Assembly: GCA_963778655.1 (NCBI GenBank)
Contig: CAVZVA010000002.1
Location: 576,001 to 640,000, forward strand
DNA length: 64,000 bases
Source of the DNA: an uncultured delta proteobacterium
GTDB taxonomy: Bacteria; Myxococcota_A; Polyangia; Polyangiales; JAFGIB01
Reading direction: 5' to 3'
Of this stretch, positions 10,145-20,366 are shown piece by piece. Every line of letters starts with the position of its first letter. The first letter of the stretch is position 1. The notes under the pieces were generated by a model that saw only the letters and a program-made list of their open reading frames with translations, had not been told where the DNA came from and ran no database searches. A program made the position numbers and the translations under genes.

Positions 10145-13100
10145 TCAGCGCGCGCTCGAGAACTCGGGCTTGGACCGGCACAGCCACAGCTGCACCAGCC
10201 GCTCGAAGCTGTCGCAGCGCAGCTGATCCTTGGCGTAGTCACAGGTGAACGGCGGGGTGTCGGCGGTGCCGGCGTACGGCTCGCACTTGACGTGCAGGTC
10301 GAAGGCATCGCGATCGCCGCGCGCCATGAACACGATGTTCGAGTCCGCCCGCTTGTGCCGATCGGCCACCGCGCGCACGTCGAACTTGGGCGCCACCCGC
10401 TTGGCGTCGTCGAAGGCCACCTCGCCGCGCGTGACCTGGAACTGGTCCCCATGGAACAGCACGCGCCCGCGGGTGATCGCCAGCTTGCCGACCACGCCGA
10501 AGCGCTGATCGCTGCCGACCACCCGCAGCTTGTGATCGGCCCCTTGCACCGCGAGCTCGGCGTCCAGGAAGTTGTTGCGCACGCGCAGCGCGCCCTGCTG
10601 CTCGAGCTCCAGGTCGAAGCGCAGGCGATCGCGGGCGGCCGAGAAGCTCGCCATGTCTGCGCGGTCCTGGCGGTTGAGCGAGGTCAACGCCTGCGGCAGC
10701 TGGATGTGCCTGCCGAAGAGCAGGTCCTTGACGCCAAACGAGCCGGTCAGCTCGGGAACCGTATCGCCACCGGACCAGCGTAAGTGGCTATCGCAGTCGA
10801 AGGTCACCTCGAGCTTGGGCTCCGGCTCGAGCGCGACCCGATCGGCCGTGATCGCCAGGTCGTAGCTGCCCACGTGCAGTCCCTGCAGCGCAAGCTGGCC
10901 ACCGACCTGCAGCGTGCCGCCGCCGACCTGCGCGCTGACGCCGTCGAGCGTCACGCGGCCGTCCTCGAGCACCAGCTTGCCGTGCAGCTTGCGTAGCGAC
11001 ATCCCGGGCTCGACGCGCACCAGCACCTCGCTGGTCTCGGCTTCGGCGCGCAGCCTCGGCTCGGTGCCCAGGCTCCACGCCACGTGCACGCCCACGTCGC
11101 CGAACGCCTGCACCAGCGGCTCGCTGGAGCGCGTGAACAAGCTGGCTGCGGCCGTGCCGTCCGCGAGCAGCTGCGGCTGTTTGCGCAGCGTGCCTGACGC
11201 GCCGAGCGCGAGCTCGATCTTGGGGCCCAACAGCCGCCCCTCGTGCAGCTCGAGCTTGCCTTCGCGCACCTGCAGCTCGAACGGCTTGGGGCTGGCCAGC
11301 GCGAGCGCGCCCTGACCCAGCTCCAGCTTGCGCACCTGCAGCCGCGCGGAGAGCCGCTCCGGCTGTGCGAGGCCGCCGCCCTCGAAGCTCAAGCGCGCGC
11401 TCAGCGCGCCGTGCGAGCGCACGCCCGGCGCCCGCTCCGGCAAGAAGGCCGAGAGATCGAAGTCGTCGAGCGCGAGACTGCCGCGCACGCTGCGCTCGGC
11501 CGAAGCCGACAGCCCGAGGTCCGCGTGCAGCCGGCCTCCCAACCCCTCGCCGCAGATCAACCACGCGCCCGCGGTGGCGCCGCGCAAGGCGGCCCGGCCT
11601 GCGCCGCAGCCGCTCGCGCTGGTGCTGGCCGCCGCGCCCGACTCGCTCGCGTCGTCGCCCGCGCCCAGCAGGCGCGCGCGCAGCTGCGCGCCGCCGAGCT
11701 TGTGCCCGGCGAGCGCCAGCGCGTCAAGCGCCAGCTCGGCGCGCGCGCGCGGCTGCTCCGAGCTGCCGCTCAGCGCGCCCGTTCCGCGCACGCGCCCCGT
11801 GATCTGCGGCAAGTAGCTCTGCAGCCAGGGCAAGCGCTGCAGCGGCAGCTTGTCGAGCGCGAGGCTCATCGCCAGCGCGCCGCGCTCGAGCTTGCCGGCC
11901 AGCTCGAGCTTGCCGCCGTCCGCCTGGAGCGCGAGCTGCTGCAAAGTGAGCGCGCCCGTGCCCAGGCCGCGCTCGGCATCGGGCAGCTCGATCCGCGCCT
12001 GCAGCTTGCCGCCGTCGAAGCGGTAGCCGTCGAGGCTGGCGTCGCCGAGCGCGAGCGAAAGCCCGAGCTCGAGCTTGCCGCCCTGGCTCGCGTGCGGCTC
12101 GCGCGCGAAGTCGAGCTCGGCGTTGCCGGCAGCCACACCCTGGAGCCGCGACAGCGCCGGATCGTCGGCCGCGCCCAGCAGCCGGTACAGATCGGCCAGC
12201 GGCAGCCGCGCGATCCGCACCTTGGCGTGCAGCTCGGCGAGCCCGCCGGCGATCCGCAACGCCAGCGGCTGCGCGATCAGCCGGCGCTGCGCGCCCGCGA
12301 TCTCGGCGCGCGTGAAGCGCAGGCTGTGCCCGCCGTCCTGCACCTCGAGCTCGGCCAGCGTACGGCCGAGCTCCACGCCCGCGAGCGATCCGCCGCCGAG
12401 CGCGAGCGATGCGTGTAGCTCCGGCGCCTGCAGCGCGCCGCGCGCCTGCAGCGCGACTCGCCCGTGCCCCGCGACCGCGGCGCCGGCCAGCGGCGAGAAA
12501 TCCGCCAGCTCGACCTGATCGCCGGCGAGGGTGGCGTCGAGCGCGCCGTTCCATCCGGCTCGCGCCTCGCCCGCGAGCGTGCTGCCGGCCACCTGCGCCT
12601 GCAAGCCGTGCAGCGCAACGCCGGCCGCGTCGATGCGCAGGTCCGCGCGGCTCTTCACGGATGCGAGCGCGAGCCAGGCCGCGCCGCGCGCGCCGGACGC
12701 GGCTTGCGCGCCGTCGACCCGCAGCGCGCGCAGCTCGAGCGCGAGCGGGCCGGAGAGCGCGAGCGGTTGCAGCGTGCCGCGCAGCTGGACGCGCCCCTCG
12801 AGCAACGCATCGCAGGCAGGCGGCGCGAGCCCGAGCTGCGTGAGCGCCGCCCGCAGCCGCAGCGCGTGCGGCTCGAGCGTGAGCTGAAGCGTGCCGTCCC
12901 GGCCCGGCTGAAGCGCGGCCGAAAGCCCGAGCGTGCCCGCGCCGGCACCGAGCTCGAGCGTGCCGCGCAGCCCGACGCGGCCCGCGTCGGCGTGCCAGCT
13001 CAGCGCCAGCGCGCGGCCCAGCGCGCGGCCCTGCAGCCGCGCGTGCTCCAGCCACAGCTGCCCTTGGCCGCGCGTCGCGCCGGCTCCCGGGTGCAACACG

Positions 13101-13699
13101 CCCCGCGCGCGCAGGCCGCCGCTCAGCAGCTCCGCGCCCGCGCGCTGCAGCCGCGCGTCGCCTGCCTCGAGCCGCGCGTGCAGCGCGCCACCGCCGCTCA
13201 GCTGCAGCGAGGCGTGCGCCAGCGACAGGCTCCCGGAGTCGGGCAGCTGCAACAGCACCCGGCTGTCGCGCAGCGACAAGCCCGCGAGCCGTTCGGCGGC
13301 CCCACTGCGTCGCAACAGGCGCGCGAGCCAATCCTCGGCCGCAGCCCCACCTGCGCCGAGCGAGGCGCGCAGCGTCGCCCGCCGCAGCTGCACGGCGCGT
13401 GGCTCGATGCGGCCGCGCAGCAGACTGCGCCACGAGACGCGCAGACGCAGCTCGTCGGCGGCGAGCACCTGCCGGCCCGACGCGTCCGCCAGCGTGACGC
13501 CCCGCGCCCGCAGTGAGAGCGCGGCGAAATCGAGATCCGCCTCGCGCACCTGCGCGCGTCCTCCCAGCAGCTCGCCGAGCGCCCGCGCCACCTCCTCGCG
13601 GGCGTGCGCGCGAAGCTGCTGAAGCCGCAGCGCAGCGACCGAGCCGAGCAGCGCGATCGCGACCAGGAGCACAACCGACGCTTTTCGCAACCCAGCCAC
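10145..13699 (-). CDS. tamB: Translocation and assembly module TamB / AsmA-like protein
   Basis: N-terminal TM anchor, long Gly/Leu beta-taco repeats, C-terminal DUF490-like segment (LRVRNNFLDAEL...GRVLFHGDQFQVTRGEVAF...PKFDVRA). GTG start chosen at 13699. Confidence 0.75.
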   Translation of the reverse strand: MAGLRKASVVLLVAIALLGSVAALRLQQLRAHAREEVARALGELLGGRAQVREADLDFAALSLRARGVTLADASGRQVLAADELRLRVSWRSLLRGRIEPRAVQLRRATLRASLGAGGAAAEDWLARLLRRSGAAERLAGLSLRDSRVLLQLPDSGSLSLAHASLQLSGGGALHARLEAGDARLQRAGAELLSGGLRARGVLHPGAGATRGQGQLWLEHARLQGRALGRALALSWHADAGRVGLRGTLELGAGAGTLGLSAALQPGRDGTLQLTLEPHALRLRAALTQLGLAPPACDALLEGRVQLRGTLQPLALSGPLALELRALRVDGAQAASGARGAAWLALASVKSRADLRIDAAGVALHGLQAQVAGSTLAGEARAGWNGALDATLAGDQVELADFSPLAGAAVAGHGRVALQARGALQAPELHASLALGGGSLAGVELGRTLAELEVQDGGHSLRFTRAEIAGAQRRLIAQPLALRIAGGLAELHAKVRIARLPLADLYRLLGAADDPALSRLQGVAAGNAELDFAREPHASQGGKLELGLSLALGDASLDGYRFDGGKLQARIELPDAERGLGTGALTLQQLALQADGGKLELAGKLERGALAMSLALDKLPLQRLPWLQSYLPQITGRVRGTGALSGSSEQPRARAELALDALALAGHKLGGAQLRARLLGAGDDASESGAAASTSASGCGAGRAALRGATAGAWLICGEGLGGRLHADLGLSASAERSVRGSLALDDFDLSAFLPERAPGVRSHGALSARLSFEGGGLAQPERLSARLQVRKLELGQGALALASPKPFELQVREGKLELHEGRLLGPKIELALGASGTLRKQPQLLADGTAAASLFTRSSEPLVQAFGDVGVHVAWSLGTEPRLRAEAETSEVLVRVEPGMSLRKLHGKLVLEDGRVTLDGVSAQVGGGTLQVGGQLALQGLHVGSYDLAITADRVALEPEPKLEVTFDCDSHLRWSGGDTVPELTGSFGVKDLLFGRHIQLPQALTSLNRQDRADMASFSAARDRLRFDLELEQQGALRVRNNFLDAELAVQGADHKLRVVGSDQRFGVVGKLAITRGRVLFHGDQFQVTRGEVAFDDAKRVAPKFDVRAVADRHKRADSNIVFMARGDRDAFDLHVKCEPYAGTADTPPFTCDYAKDQLRCDSFERLVQLWLCRSKPEFSSAR

Positions 13700-14027
13700 C
13701 TCACCCCTAACGATGCCGGTGCGAGCTCCGTGCCCAACCTCGGCGCCCGAGCCCGCAGCCCGCCGGTCTCCCGCGCGCGGGCAAATTCCGTGCGCGATCG
13801 ACTTCACCCAGGCATACGCAGCTGGCGCCGGAGCGTCAAACCCGCAGCTGCGTGCGCTCACGTTTTGAGCCGTTTTGACAATGCTTTCGCGCAGCTGGCC
13901 GCGGCGCCGCCGCGCCCGCCGGCGACCGCGGCCGCACGCACCCGAGCCGGTGCCCCGCCCGTGAAGGCCTGGCCTCCCCCCGCAATTCATTGTATCTCTT
14001 AATTATCCGCGGTGGTTGGGAGGTTCG

Positions 14028-15776
14028 GTGTCCCTCAGGCAGTGCCCCAAATGTGACGCGCGTTTCCGCGGGGATATCAAGCTCTGCCCTATCGACGGCG
14101 AACTGCTCACCACACCGAGCGATCCCTTCATCGGCACCGTGATCGCGGGCCGCTACCTGATCGAAGAGCTGCTCGGGGTCGGCGGCATGGGCTCGGTCTA
14201 CCGCGCGCGCCACCAGTTCATCGGCCGCCACGTCGCGCTCAAGTTCCTCGACGCCTCGCTCACCAAGAACGAACGCTTGCGCAAGCGCTTCCTGGGCGAG
14301 GCCCGCGCCGCCAACCAGATCAACCACGAGCACATCATCGACATCACCGACTTCGGCGAGACCGAGGGCGGCGTGGTCTACATGGTGATGGAGTACCTCG
14401 AGGGGCAGTCGCTCGAGGAGGAGCTGGAGAAGGGCCCGCTCGAGCTGCGCCGGGCCCTGCGGATTGCGCTGCAGGTCGCGCTCGGGCTGGGACGCGCGCA
14501 CGAGCTCGGCGTGGTGCACCGCGACATCAAGCCGGGCAACATCCACCTCAGCCGCCGGCGCATGGACCGCGACTTCGTCAAAGTGCTCGACTTCGGTGTC
14601 GCCCGCATCGAGCACGACGCGCGCATCACCGGGCAGAACATGATCGTGGGCACGCCGGAGTACATCGCGCCCGAGCAGATCCGTTCCGCGGCGCCAGCGC
14701 CGGCCTCCGACCTGTACTCGCTGGGCTGCGTGCTGTTCGAGATGCTGACCGGCCGCATCCCATTCGACGGCAAGACCACGGTGCTGCTGGTCAAGCACAT
14801 TAACGAGCTGCCGCCCGCTCCCTCCAGCATCAACCCCTCCATCCCGCCCCAGGCGGAGCGACTGGTGCTCAAGCTGCTGGAGAAGAAGCCCGAGAACCGC
14901 CACCGCGACGCGTATCACCTGGTGGAGGATCTGCAGCGTTTGCTCGACACGCTGCCCGGCGCCGGCAGCAGCAGCCGCCCCAACACCAATCCCTCGAGCA
15001 CCACCGGACCGGTCGAGCTGGAGCTCGAGCTCAAGCGCGAGGCCGAAGAGGAAGGCTGGGCGCGCACTGCGGAGCTCTATCGGCAGCTCGCCTACGAGGC
15101 CCACGGCGCGAGCGGCGGGCCCGACTGGCTGCCGGGCGCGATTGCCGCGCTGGAGCAGGCGGTCGCAGACGTACGCGGGCTGCGCCGGCGGCTGGAGGAC
15201 ACCGCGGCCAAGGGCACCGAGCAGCAGGAAGCGGTGCGCCGCCCCCGCGACCAGATCGGCCACGCGCTCGACGAGCTGGCCCAAGACGACAGCCGCCTCG
15301 GCGGCCAGCTCACCGAGCTGAGCGCCCAGCTGGAGCCGGCCGAGTCGCGCCTGGACGCGGCGCTGCATGCGGTGCTGACGGAAATCGGCGGCGTGCCGCA
15401 AACGCTGCGGGCGGGCGAGCTGGTGACGGAGCAGGACCAGACGGCGCTACGCGACCTAGTGCGTGTGGCCTCGGAGCTCTCGCTCGCGCGCGACGTGGTC
15501 TCGGGCCTGCGCGCGCGCATCGCCCGCAAGAAGCTCGAGCGCAAAGATCTGCGCTTCCAGATGGCGCAGCTCAAGCGCCAGCTCGAGCAGGTCAATCAGA
15601 CCTCGACCGTGGACATGGAGCTCTGGCACGAGGAGGTCGACCGTCTGGGCACCGAGATCCAGCACCGGCTCGAGGCCATCGTGCCGCTGGCCAAGCGCAT
15701 CTCCGGCCATTTCGGCGGCTATCCCGAGCTGCGCGTCCGCCTGGTCCAGGACCGCGCCCACATCACCATGTCGTAG
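14028..15776 (+). CDS. Cytoplasmic Ser/Thr kinase with N-terminal Zn-ribbon-like motif and C-terminal coiled coil
   Basis: CPKC...CPID; GVGGMGSV, VALK, HRDIKPGN, DFG, GTPEYIAPE; heptad-rich Glu/Leu/Arg tail; no TM helix. Confidence 0.9.
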   Translation: MSLRQCPKCDARFRGDIKLCPIDGELLTTPSDPFIGTVIAGRYLIEELLGVGGMGSVYRARHQFIGRHVALKFLDASLTKNERLRKRFLGEARAANQINHEHIIDITDFGETEGGVVYMVMEYLEGQSLEEELEKGPLELRRALRIALQVALGLGRAHELGVVHRDIKPGNIHLSRRRMDRDFVKVLDFGVARIEHDARITGQNMIVGTPEYIAPEQIRSAAPAPASDLYSLGCVLFEMLTGRIPFDGKTTVLLVKHINELPPAPSSINPSIPPQAERLVLKLLEKKPENRHRDAYHLVEDLQRLLDTLPGAGSSSRPNTNPSSTTGPVELELELKREAEEEGWARTAELYRQLAYEAHGASGGPDWLPGAIAALEQAVADVRGLRRRLEDTAAKGTEQQEAVRRPRDQIGHALDELAQDDSRLGGQLTELSAQLEPAESRLDAALHAVLTEIGGVPQTLRAGELVTEQDQTALRDLVRVASELSLARDVVSGLRARIARKKLERKDLRFQMAQLKRQLEQVNQTSTVDMELWHEEVDRLGTEIQHRLEAIVPLAKRISGHFGGYPELRVRLVQDRAHITMS

Positions 15777-15860
15777 CCGGCCGCGGGGCCGCGGGGCCGC
15801 ACGGGCCGCACGCAGCGTGGTATGGTGCGCTCCCTTCGAGCCCCAGGGAGAGCACCCACC

Positions 15861-16649
15861 ATGCAGACCGCAATTTCCACCCCCAACCTGAACCTCGACG
15901 GCAAGGTCGCGATCGTGACCGGCGCGAGCCGCGGCATCGGCGAGGCGATCGCGCGCGCCCTGGCCAAGCACGGCGCGAGCGTGGTGCTGTCGGCGCGCAA
16001 GCTGGAAGGCTTGCAGCGCGTCGCGGAGGCAATCGCGGCCGAGGGCGGAAAGGCCAAGCCGCTGCCCTGTCACGCGGGCCACGAGCAGGAAATCCAGCAA
16101 CTGGTGGCCGGCGCGGTGGACGCGTACGGCAAGGTCGACATCCTGATCAACAACGCGGCGACCAACCCCTATTTCGGCCCGCTGCTCAACGTGGAATGGC
16201 CCGCCTGGGACAAGACCTTCGAGGTCAACACCAAGGGCTACTTCATGGCCATCCGCGAGGTGGTCAAGCACCTGCAGGCCCGCAACGCGCCGGGCTCGAT
16301 CGTCAACATCGCCAGCGTGGCGGGCCTGGGCGCGGCCGTGTTCCAGGGTGTCTACGGAATGACCAAAGCCGCGGTGATCTCGATGACGCAGACGCTGGCG
16401 GCCGAGCTGGGCGGCACCGGCATCCGCATCAACGCGATCGCGCCCGGCCTGGTCGAGACCAAATTCGCCGGCGCGCTGCTGCAGAACCCCGAGGCGCTCA
16501 AGCGCATGCAGTCGACCACGCCGGTGCGCCGCATCGGCCAGCCGGATGACATCGCGGGCCTGGCGCTGTTGCTCGCAAGCGACGCGAGCAACTTCGTGAC
16601 CGGCCAGACCTGGGTCGCCGATGGCGGCTCGCGCCTGCGCGCGATCTGA
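15861..16649 (+). CDS. Short-chain dehydrogenase/reductase
   Basis: TGASRGIG, NNAA, YGMTK, NAIAPG motifs. Confidence 0.93.
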   Translation: MQTAISTPNLNLDGKVAIVTGASRGIGEAIARALAKHGASVVLSARKLEGLQRVAEAIAAEGGKAKPLPCHAGHEQEIQQLVAGAVDAYGKVDILINNAATNPYFGPLLNVEWPAWDKTFEVNTKGYFMAIREVVKHLQARNAPGSIVNIASVAGLGAAVFQGVYGMTKAAVISMTQTLAAELGGTGIRINAIAPGLVETKFAGALLQNPEALKRMQSTTPVRRIGQPDDIAGLALLLASDASNFVTGQTWVADGGSRLRAI

Positions 16650-16684
16650 ATCCGGGCCGCTTTCGGCGCGCGGCGGCGGCTCGC

Positions 16685-18328
16685 TCAGCGTCGTCGCGGC
16701 GCTCGACGGCCGCCGGCGCGGGCCTCCTCGCGCGCGACGCGAGCGGCGAGCGCCGAGGCCACCGCGTCGCGGTGCTCGGCCAGCACCTCTGCCGGGCCCA
16801 TGCCCGGAAAGCGCTGCATGGCCGCATAGAGCGCCTGGCTCATCCATGCAAAGCTGAACACCGACAGCGAAAAGCCGTGGACCTTCACGCGCAGCACGGG
16901 CATCAAGCCACGCGCCAGCGGCAAGTACAGATCGTCGACCACGATCCAGCTCAGCTCGGGATCGCGCGGCCGAGAGACTGGCGCCGGAGTGATCAGGCCG
17001 CCCCAGTCGTACATACGCAGCTCCGAGTCGTAGCCCAAGGTGCCGACCTCGACCGCCCCAACCGTGTCGCCCGGGTGCGCATGGCGCCGCAGAAAGCTCG
17101 CCGCCTCGGAGTAGGCTGCGTCGCGCGCTCCAAACCAGTACTCCGTCCCGTTGCGCTGAGCGAAGCGAAAGGTGCGTTGCGCGAACCAGCCCACGCTCGC
17201 GGTCGCGACCACCACGCAGAGCGCGATCCCGCCTGCGCGGGGCAGCCGCGATTGCAACCGTGCGCAGCCACGTGACAGCGCGACGGCCGCCAGCAACAGC
17301 GCCACGAGCCGCAGCGGGTACAGGTGCCAGGTGTGCTGGGTGAAGGGGCGCAGGAACGCGTACGCGACGAAGTGGCCCGCGCCGTAGGCCAGCAGCAGCC
17401 CCTGGCCCCGGCCGTGGCGCCACAGCGAGACGCCGCCGAGGATCACCAGCAGCCACGCCAGTAGCAACCAAGCTCCATCGCCCGAGCCTGCCACCAGCGT
17501 GCTCACGCTGTTGCGCAGCTCGTGCACCACGTACTCTACGAACGGGGTGTTGCCGTGCTTGACCCGCGCGGGTTGAGGCAGCGGGCTGCCGTAATAGCCG
17601 AGCGCGAAAAGCTGCCACGGCAGCGTGATCCCAAGGAACACCCCGAGCACCGGCCGGGCCAGTCTCAGGCGCGAGCGGCCGCCCGCGAGCGCCGCAGGCG
17701 AACGCCAGATCACGACGAAGAGCAGCAGCGCGTAGAGGTATGCGTCCGGACGCAACAAGCCTGCCAGCGCGGCGAGCGCCGCGGCGGCCACGAAGCGCCC
17801 TCGCACCGCAACCGCCATCGACCACAACACGCAGGCGGCGACCAGATTGGTCTCGAGCGCGACCACGGCGGCCGACCCGGCGGCGCCTGCCGCGACCAGC
17901 GCAGCGGCGAGCGCGGCCGCCCAGCTGCCCACGACGGCCCGCAGCAGCGCGAAGCTCGCCAGGGCCTGCGCCGACCATCCGACGCAGCCGAGCACCGCCA
18001 TCGCGGACGGGAACGCCTGCTTGCCGACCAGCGCGTACAGCAGCGATCCGAGCAGCATGTCCCCGGGCGCTGTCGTGCCCAGCACGTGCTCTCCCAGGTT
18101 GAATACCGGGCCGTTGCCGCGCGCGAGGTTCTCCGCGTAGCGAAAGGTGATGAACGCGTCATCGTGGCGCACGCCGTAGAACAACAGGCTCTGCACCACG
18201 CACACACCGACCGCACACGCGAGCGCCAACCGCGCAGGTCGGTCAAACAGGGGCGGCGCCGCGATGCCGTTCTCCGGCGGCGGCGCCGTCCGCGCGCTGT
18301 CTGTGTTTGCGCTGTCCTGCGCGTGCAC
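16685..18328 (-). CDS. Polytopic GT-C-fold glycosyltransferase-like membrane protein
   Basis: First-loop motif DDAFITFRYAENLARGNGPVFN, LET, LRPD, YYGSPLP and DWGGLI; many TM helices. Confidence 0.7.
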   Translation of the reverse strand: MHAQDSANTDSARTAPPPENGIAAPPLFDRPARLALACAVGVCVVQSLLFYGVRHDDAFITFRYAENLARGNGPVFNLGEHVLGTTAPGDMLLGSLLYALVGKQAFPSAMAVLGCVGWSAQALASFALLRAVVGSWAAALAAALVAAGAAGSAAVVALETNLVAACVLWSMAVAVRGRFVAAAALAALAGLLRPDAYLYALLLFVVIWRSPAALAGGRSRLRLARPVLGVFLGITLPWQLFALGYYGSPLPQPARVKHGNTPFVEYVVHELRNSVSTLVAGSGDGAWLLLAWLLVILGGVSLWRHGRGQGLLLAYGAGHFVAYAFLRPFTQHTWHLYPLRLVALLLAAVALSRGCARLQSRLPRAGGIALCVVVATASVGWFAQRTFRFAQRNGTEYWFGARDAAYSEAASFLRRHAHPGDTVGAVEVGTLGYDSELRMYDWGGLITPAPVSRPRDPELSWIVVDDLYLPLARGLMPVLRVKVHGFSLSVFSFAWMSQALYAAMQRFPGMGPAEVLAEHRDAVASALAARVAREEARAGGRRAPRRR

Positions 18329-18501
18329 CCGCCCACGTTACACGAGTTGCGTGGCGCTTGGCGCGCCGCCGGCCGCGCGCCGGCGGTGGCGCGTTCGTGG
18401 ACGCCGCTCGCCGGATGGCAATCGGCCGACTCGCCGGGCTGGCCAAGGGTCGCGCTCGAAGATTGCGCTTCGATCCTGGATCGTGAACCCTGCTTTTGCG
18501 C

Positions 18502-20175
18502 ATGTACGGCGACCGCGTTCGGCAGGGAGAGTCACAAGCCGCCGCCTGGCCGCTGGGACCCGTTGCCTCCTGCGTCGTTGCCATCGCCATTGCCGTGCTG
18601 GTCTGGGCCGGATGGCGACTGTTCTGGTTCTTGACCGACGACGCCTACATCACCTTTCGATACGCCCGTAACTGGATCTCCGGTTACGGCCCGGTCTGGA
18701 ATCGCCCGCCCTTCTTGCCCGTGGAGGGATACACGAGCCCGCTCTGGCTCTTCGTGCTCACAGCCGTGTGGAGGGTCACCGGCATTGCCCCACCCCGGGT
18801 CGCAAACGTGCTCGGGCTGTGGTGCGGCTACGGAACGCTGGTGTTCCTGTTCATGCTCGCCCGCGACATGCGCCTGCCCGCAGGGCTGGCGCGCCGTCGC
18901 TGGCCGCTTCTGGCGATCGCGGCAGCCACGACGCTGGCCAACCGAACCTTCTACACCTGGTTGAGCTCCGGCCTGGAGACGTCGCTCTTCAATCTGTGTG
19001 CCACGGCCTGTATCTACTACGGTCTGCGGCCACAGGCGGCGCGGAGCCCGCTGTGGGCGCGCCGCTTCGCGCTGTGGGCCTCGCTGTGCATGCTGACGCG
19101 GCCCGACGGCGGCGTGTTCTTGGTCGCGGCCGCGGCGCAAGTCGCGCTGGCCTTGCGCCGCGAACGGCCGCGCGTCTGGCTGGGCAGCATGTGGCCGTTC
19201 GCGCTGGTGGCCGCGCACCTGGTGTCGCGGCGGCTCTACTACGGAGATTGGCTACCGAACACCTACTACGCCAAGACCGTCGCCACCTGGCCCCAAGCCG
19301 GGCTGCGCTATGCCGGCTGCTTCTTGATCGAGAACGGACTCTGGGTCTGGCTGCTGTTCGCCGTGCCGTGGGTCACCTGGCGCGCGTGGCGCGCGGCGCG
19401 CGCCGGCCAGCTGTTTCGCCCACCGCCCTCGAGCCTGACCTGGTGCGCGCTGCTCGCGCACGTCGCATTCTTCACGCTGATCATCGGAGGCGACCATTTC
19501 GAGTACCGGGTCTACAGCGCGTGGCTTCCCCTGGCCTACCTGTCGAGCGTGTTCATCTTCGCCCAGCTCAGCGACCGCGTGTACCTCGTGGCTGCGGGCT
19601 CGGCCACCGTCGGCCTGCTGTCGCTGCCGATCCCGTGGCTGCACTGGCAAGACACCCACCAGCTGAGCACGCGCACGACCACCTTCGCGCTGCGCGCTCC
19701 CCTGGCCGATGACTTCGCGCCCCCGTTCGACCGCCTGGTCTCGGTCTGGGATCAGTGGCAAGCGTGGCTGATCGTGCGCTCGGTCGGAGTGCGCCATCAG
19801 GAGCACAAGGTCTACTCGAGCTTCGTCGAGTCTTTCCTGCCGCCACCCGCACGACGTCCCCCCCTGCGCTGGAAGGACCGGCCGATCGTGGCCGAGCCGT
19901 GCGTCGGCGTGGTCGGCTGGGAGCTGCCCGAGGTCGCCGTGATCGATTTGCTCGGCCTCAACGACTACGTCATTGCCCGCACGCCCGTCGCGCGGCGCGG
20001 GCGGCGCCACATGGCGCACGAGCGCTCAGCACCGCCGGGCTACGTCGACTGCTTCGACGTGAACGTGACGCTGGAGCCTCAGAAGCTCACGTACCGGCCG
20101 CGTCCTCTCAGCGACGATCGCATTCGCGGATGCGAGCGCCGCTTTCGCTCGCGGCTTCCAGCCTCGACGCTGTAA
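18502..20175 (+). CDS. Polytopic GT-C-fold glycosyltransferase-like membrane protein (paralog)
   Basis: DDAYITFRYARNWISGYGPVWN, VEGYTSPLW, SGLET, TRPDG, YYGDWLPNTYYAK, IDLLGLND. Confidence 0.75.
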   Translation: MYGDRVRQGESQAAAWPLGPVASCVVAIAIAVLVWAGWRLFWFLTDDAYITFRYARNWISGYGPVWNRPPFLPVEGYTSPLWLFVLTAVWRVTGIAPPRVANVLGLWCGYGTLVFLFMLARDMRLPAGLARRRWPLLAIAAATTLANRTFYTWLSSGLETSLFNLCATACIYYGLRPQAARSPLWARRFALWASLCMLTRPDGGVFLVAAAAQVALALRRERPRVWLGSMWPFALVAAHLVSRRLYYGDWLPNTYYAKTVATWPQAGLRYAGCFLIENGLWVWLLFAVPWVTWRAWRAARAGQLFRPPPSSLTWCALLAHVAFFTLIIGGDHFEYRVYSAWLPLAYLSSVFIFAQLSDRVYLVAAGSATVGLLSLPIPWLHWQDTHQLSTRTTTFALRAPLADDFAPPFDRLVSVWDQWQAWLIVRSVGVRHQEHKVYSSFVESFLPPPARRPPLRWKDRPIVAEPCVGVVGWELPEVAVIDLLGLNDYVIARTPVARRGRRHMAHERSAPPGYVDCFDVNVTLEPQKLTYRPRPLSDDRIRGCERRFRSRLPASTL

Positions 20176-20302
20176 GCGCCGAGGCCTGGGGCTCTCCGAC
20201 CCCCGCGGCGGGCTGTGCCAAGCTGCGCCACGGTGACTGACAGGTCACACCCCGGGCGGCGGCGCCATGGCGATTCGCGCGTTTTCGTCGTGAACCGGTG
20301 CG

Positions 20303-20318
20303 AGGCACGGGAATTGCA
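20303..20318 (+). promoter_or_regulatory. Putative sigma54 (-24/-12) promoter
   Basis: AGGCACGGGAATTGCA matches TGGCACG-N4-TTGCW with exact GG-N10-GC spacing, about 50 bp upstream of ATG 20367. Confidence 0.6.
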
Positions 20319-20366
20319 GCCGCGAACGGACGACTCAATCCCGAAGCGACAAAAGAGGGGGCCAGC

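Noticed and set aside
9514..10783. Long ORFs on both strands across the 99-bp array (312, 419 and 218 aa)
   Set aside because: 99 bp is 33 codons, so any stop-free frame propagates through every copy. The peptides are low-complexity, several frames are open at once, and they overlap tamB.
15779..15812. Short GGCCGC(GG/ACG) tandem repeat after the second kinase
   Set aside because: Four short GC-rich units, with no evidence of function.
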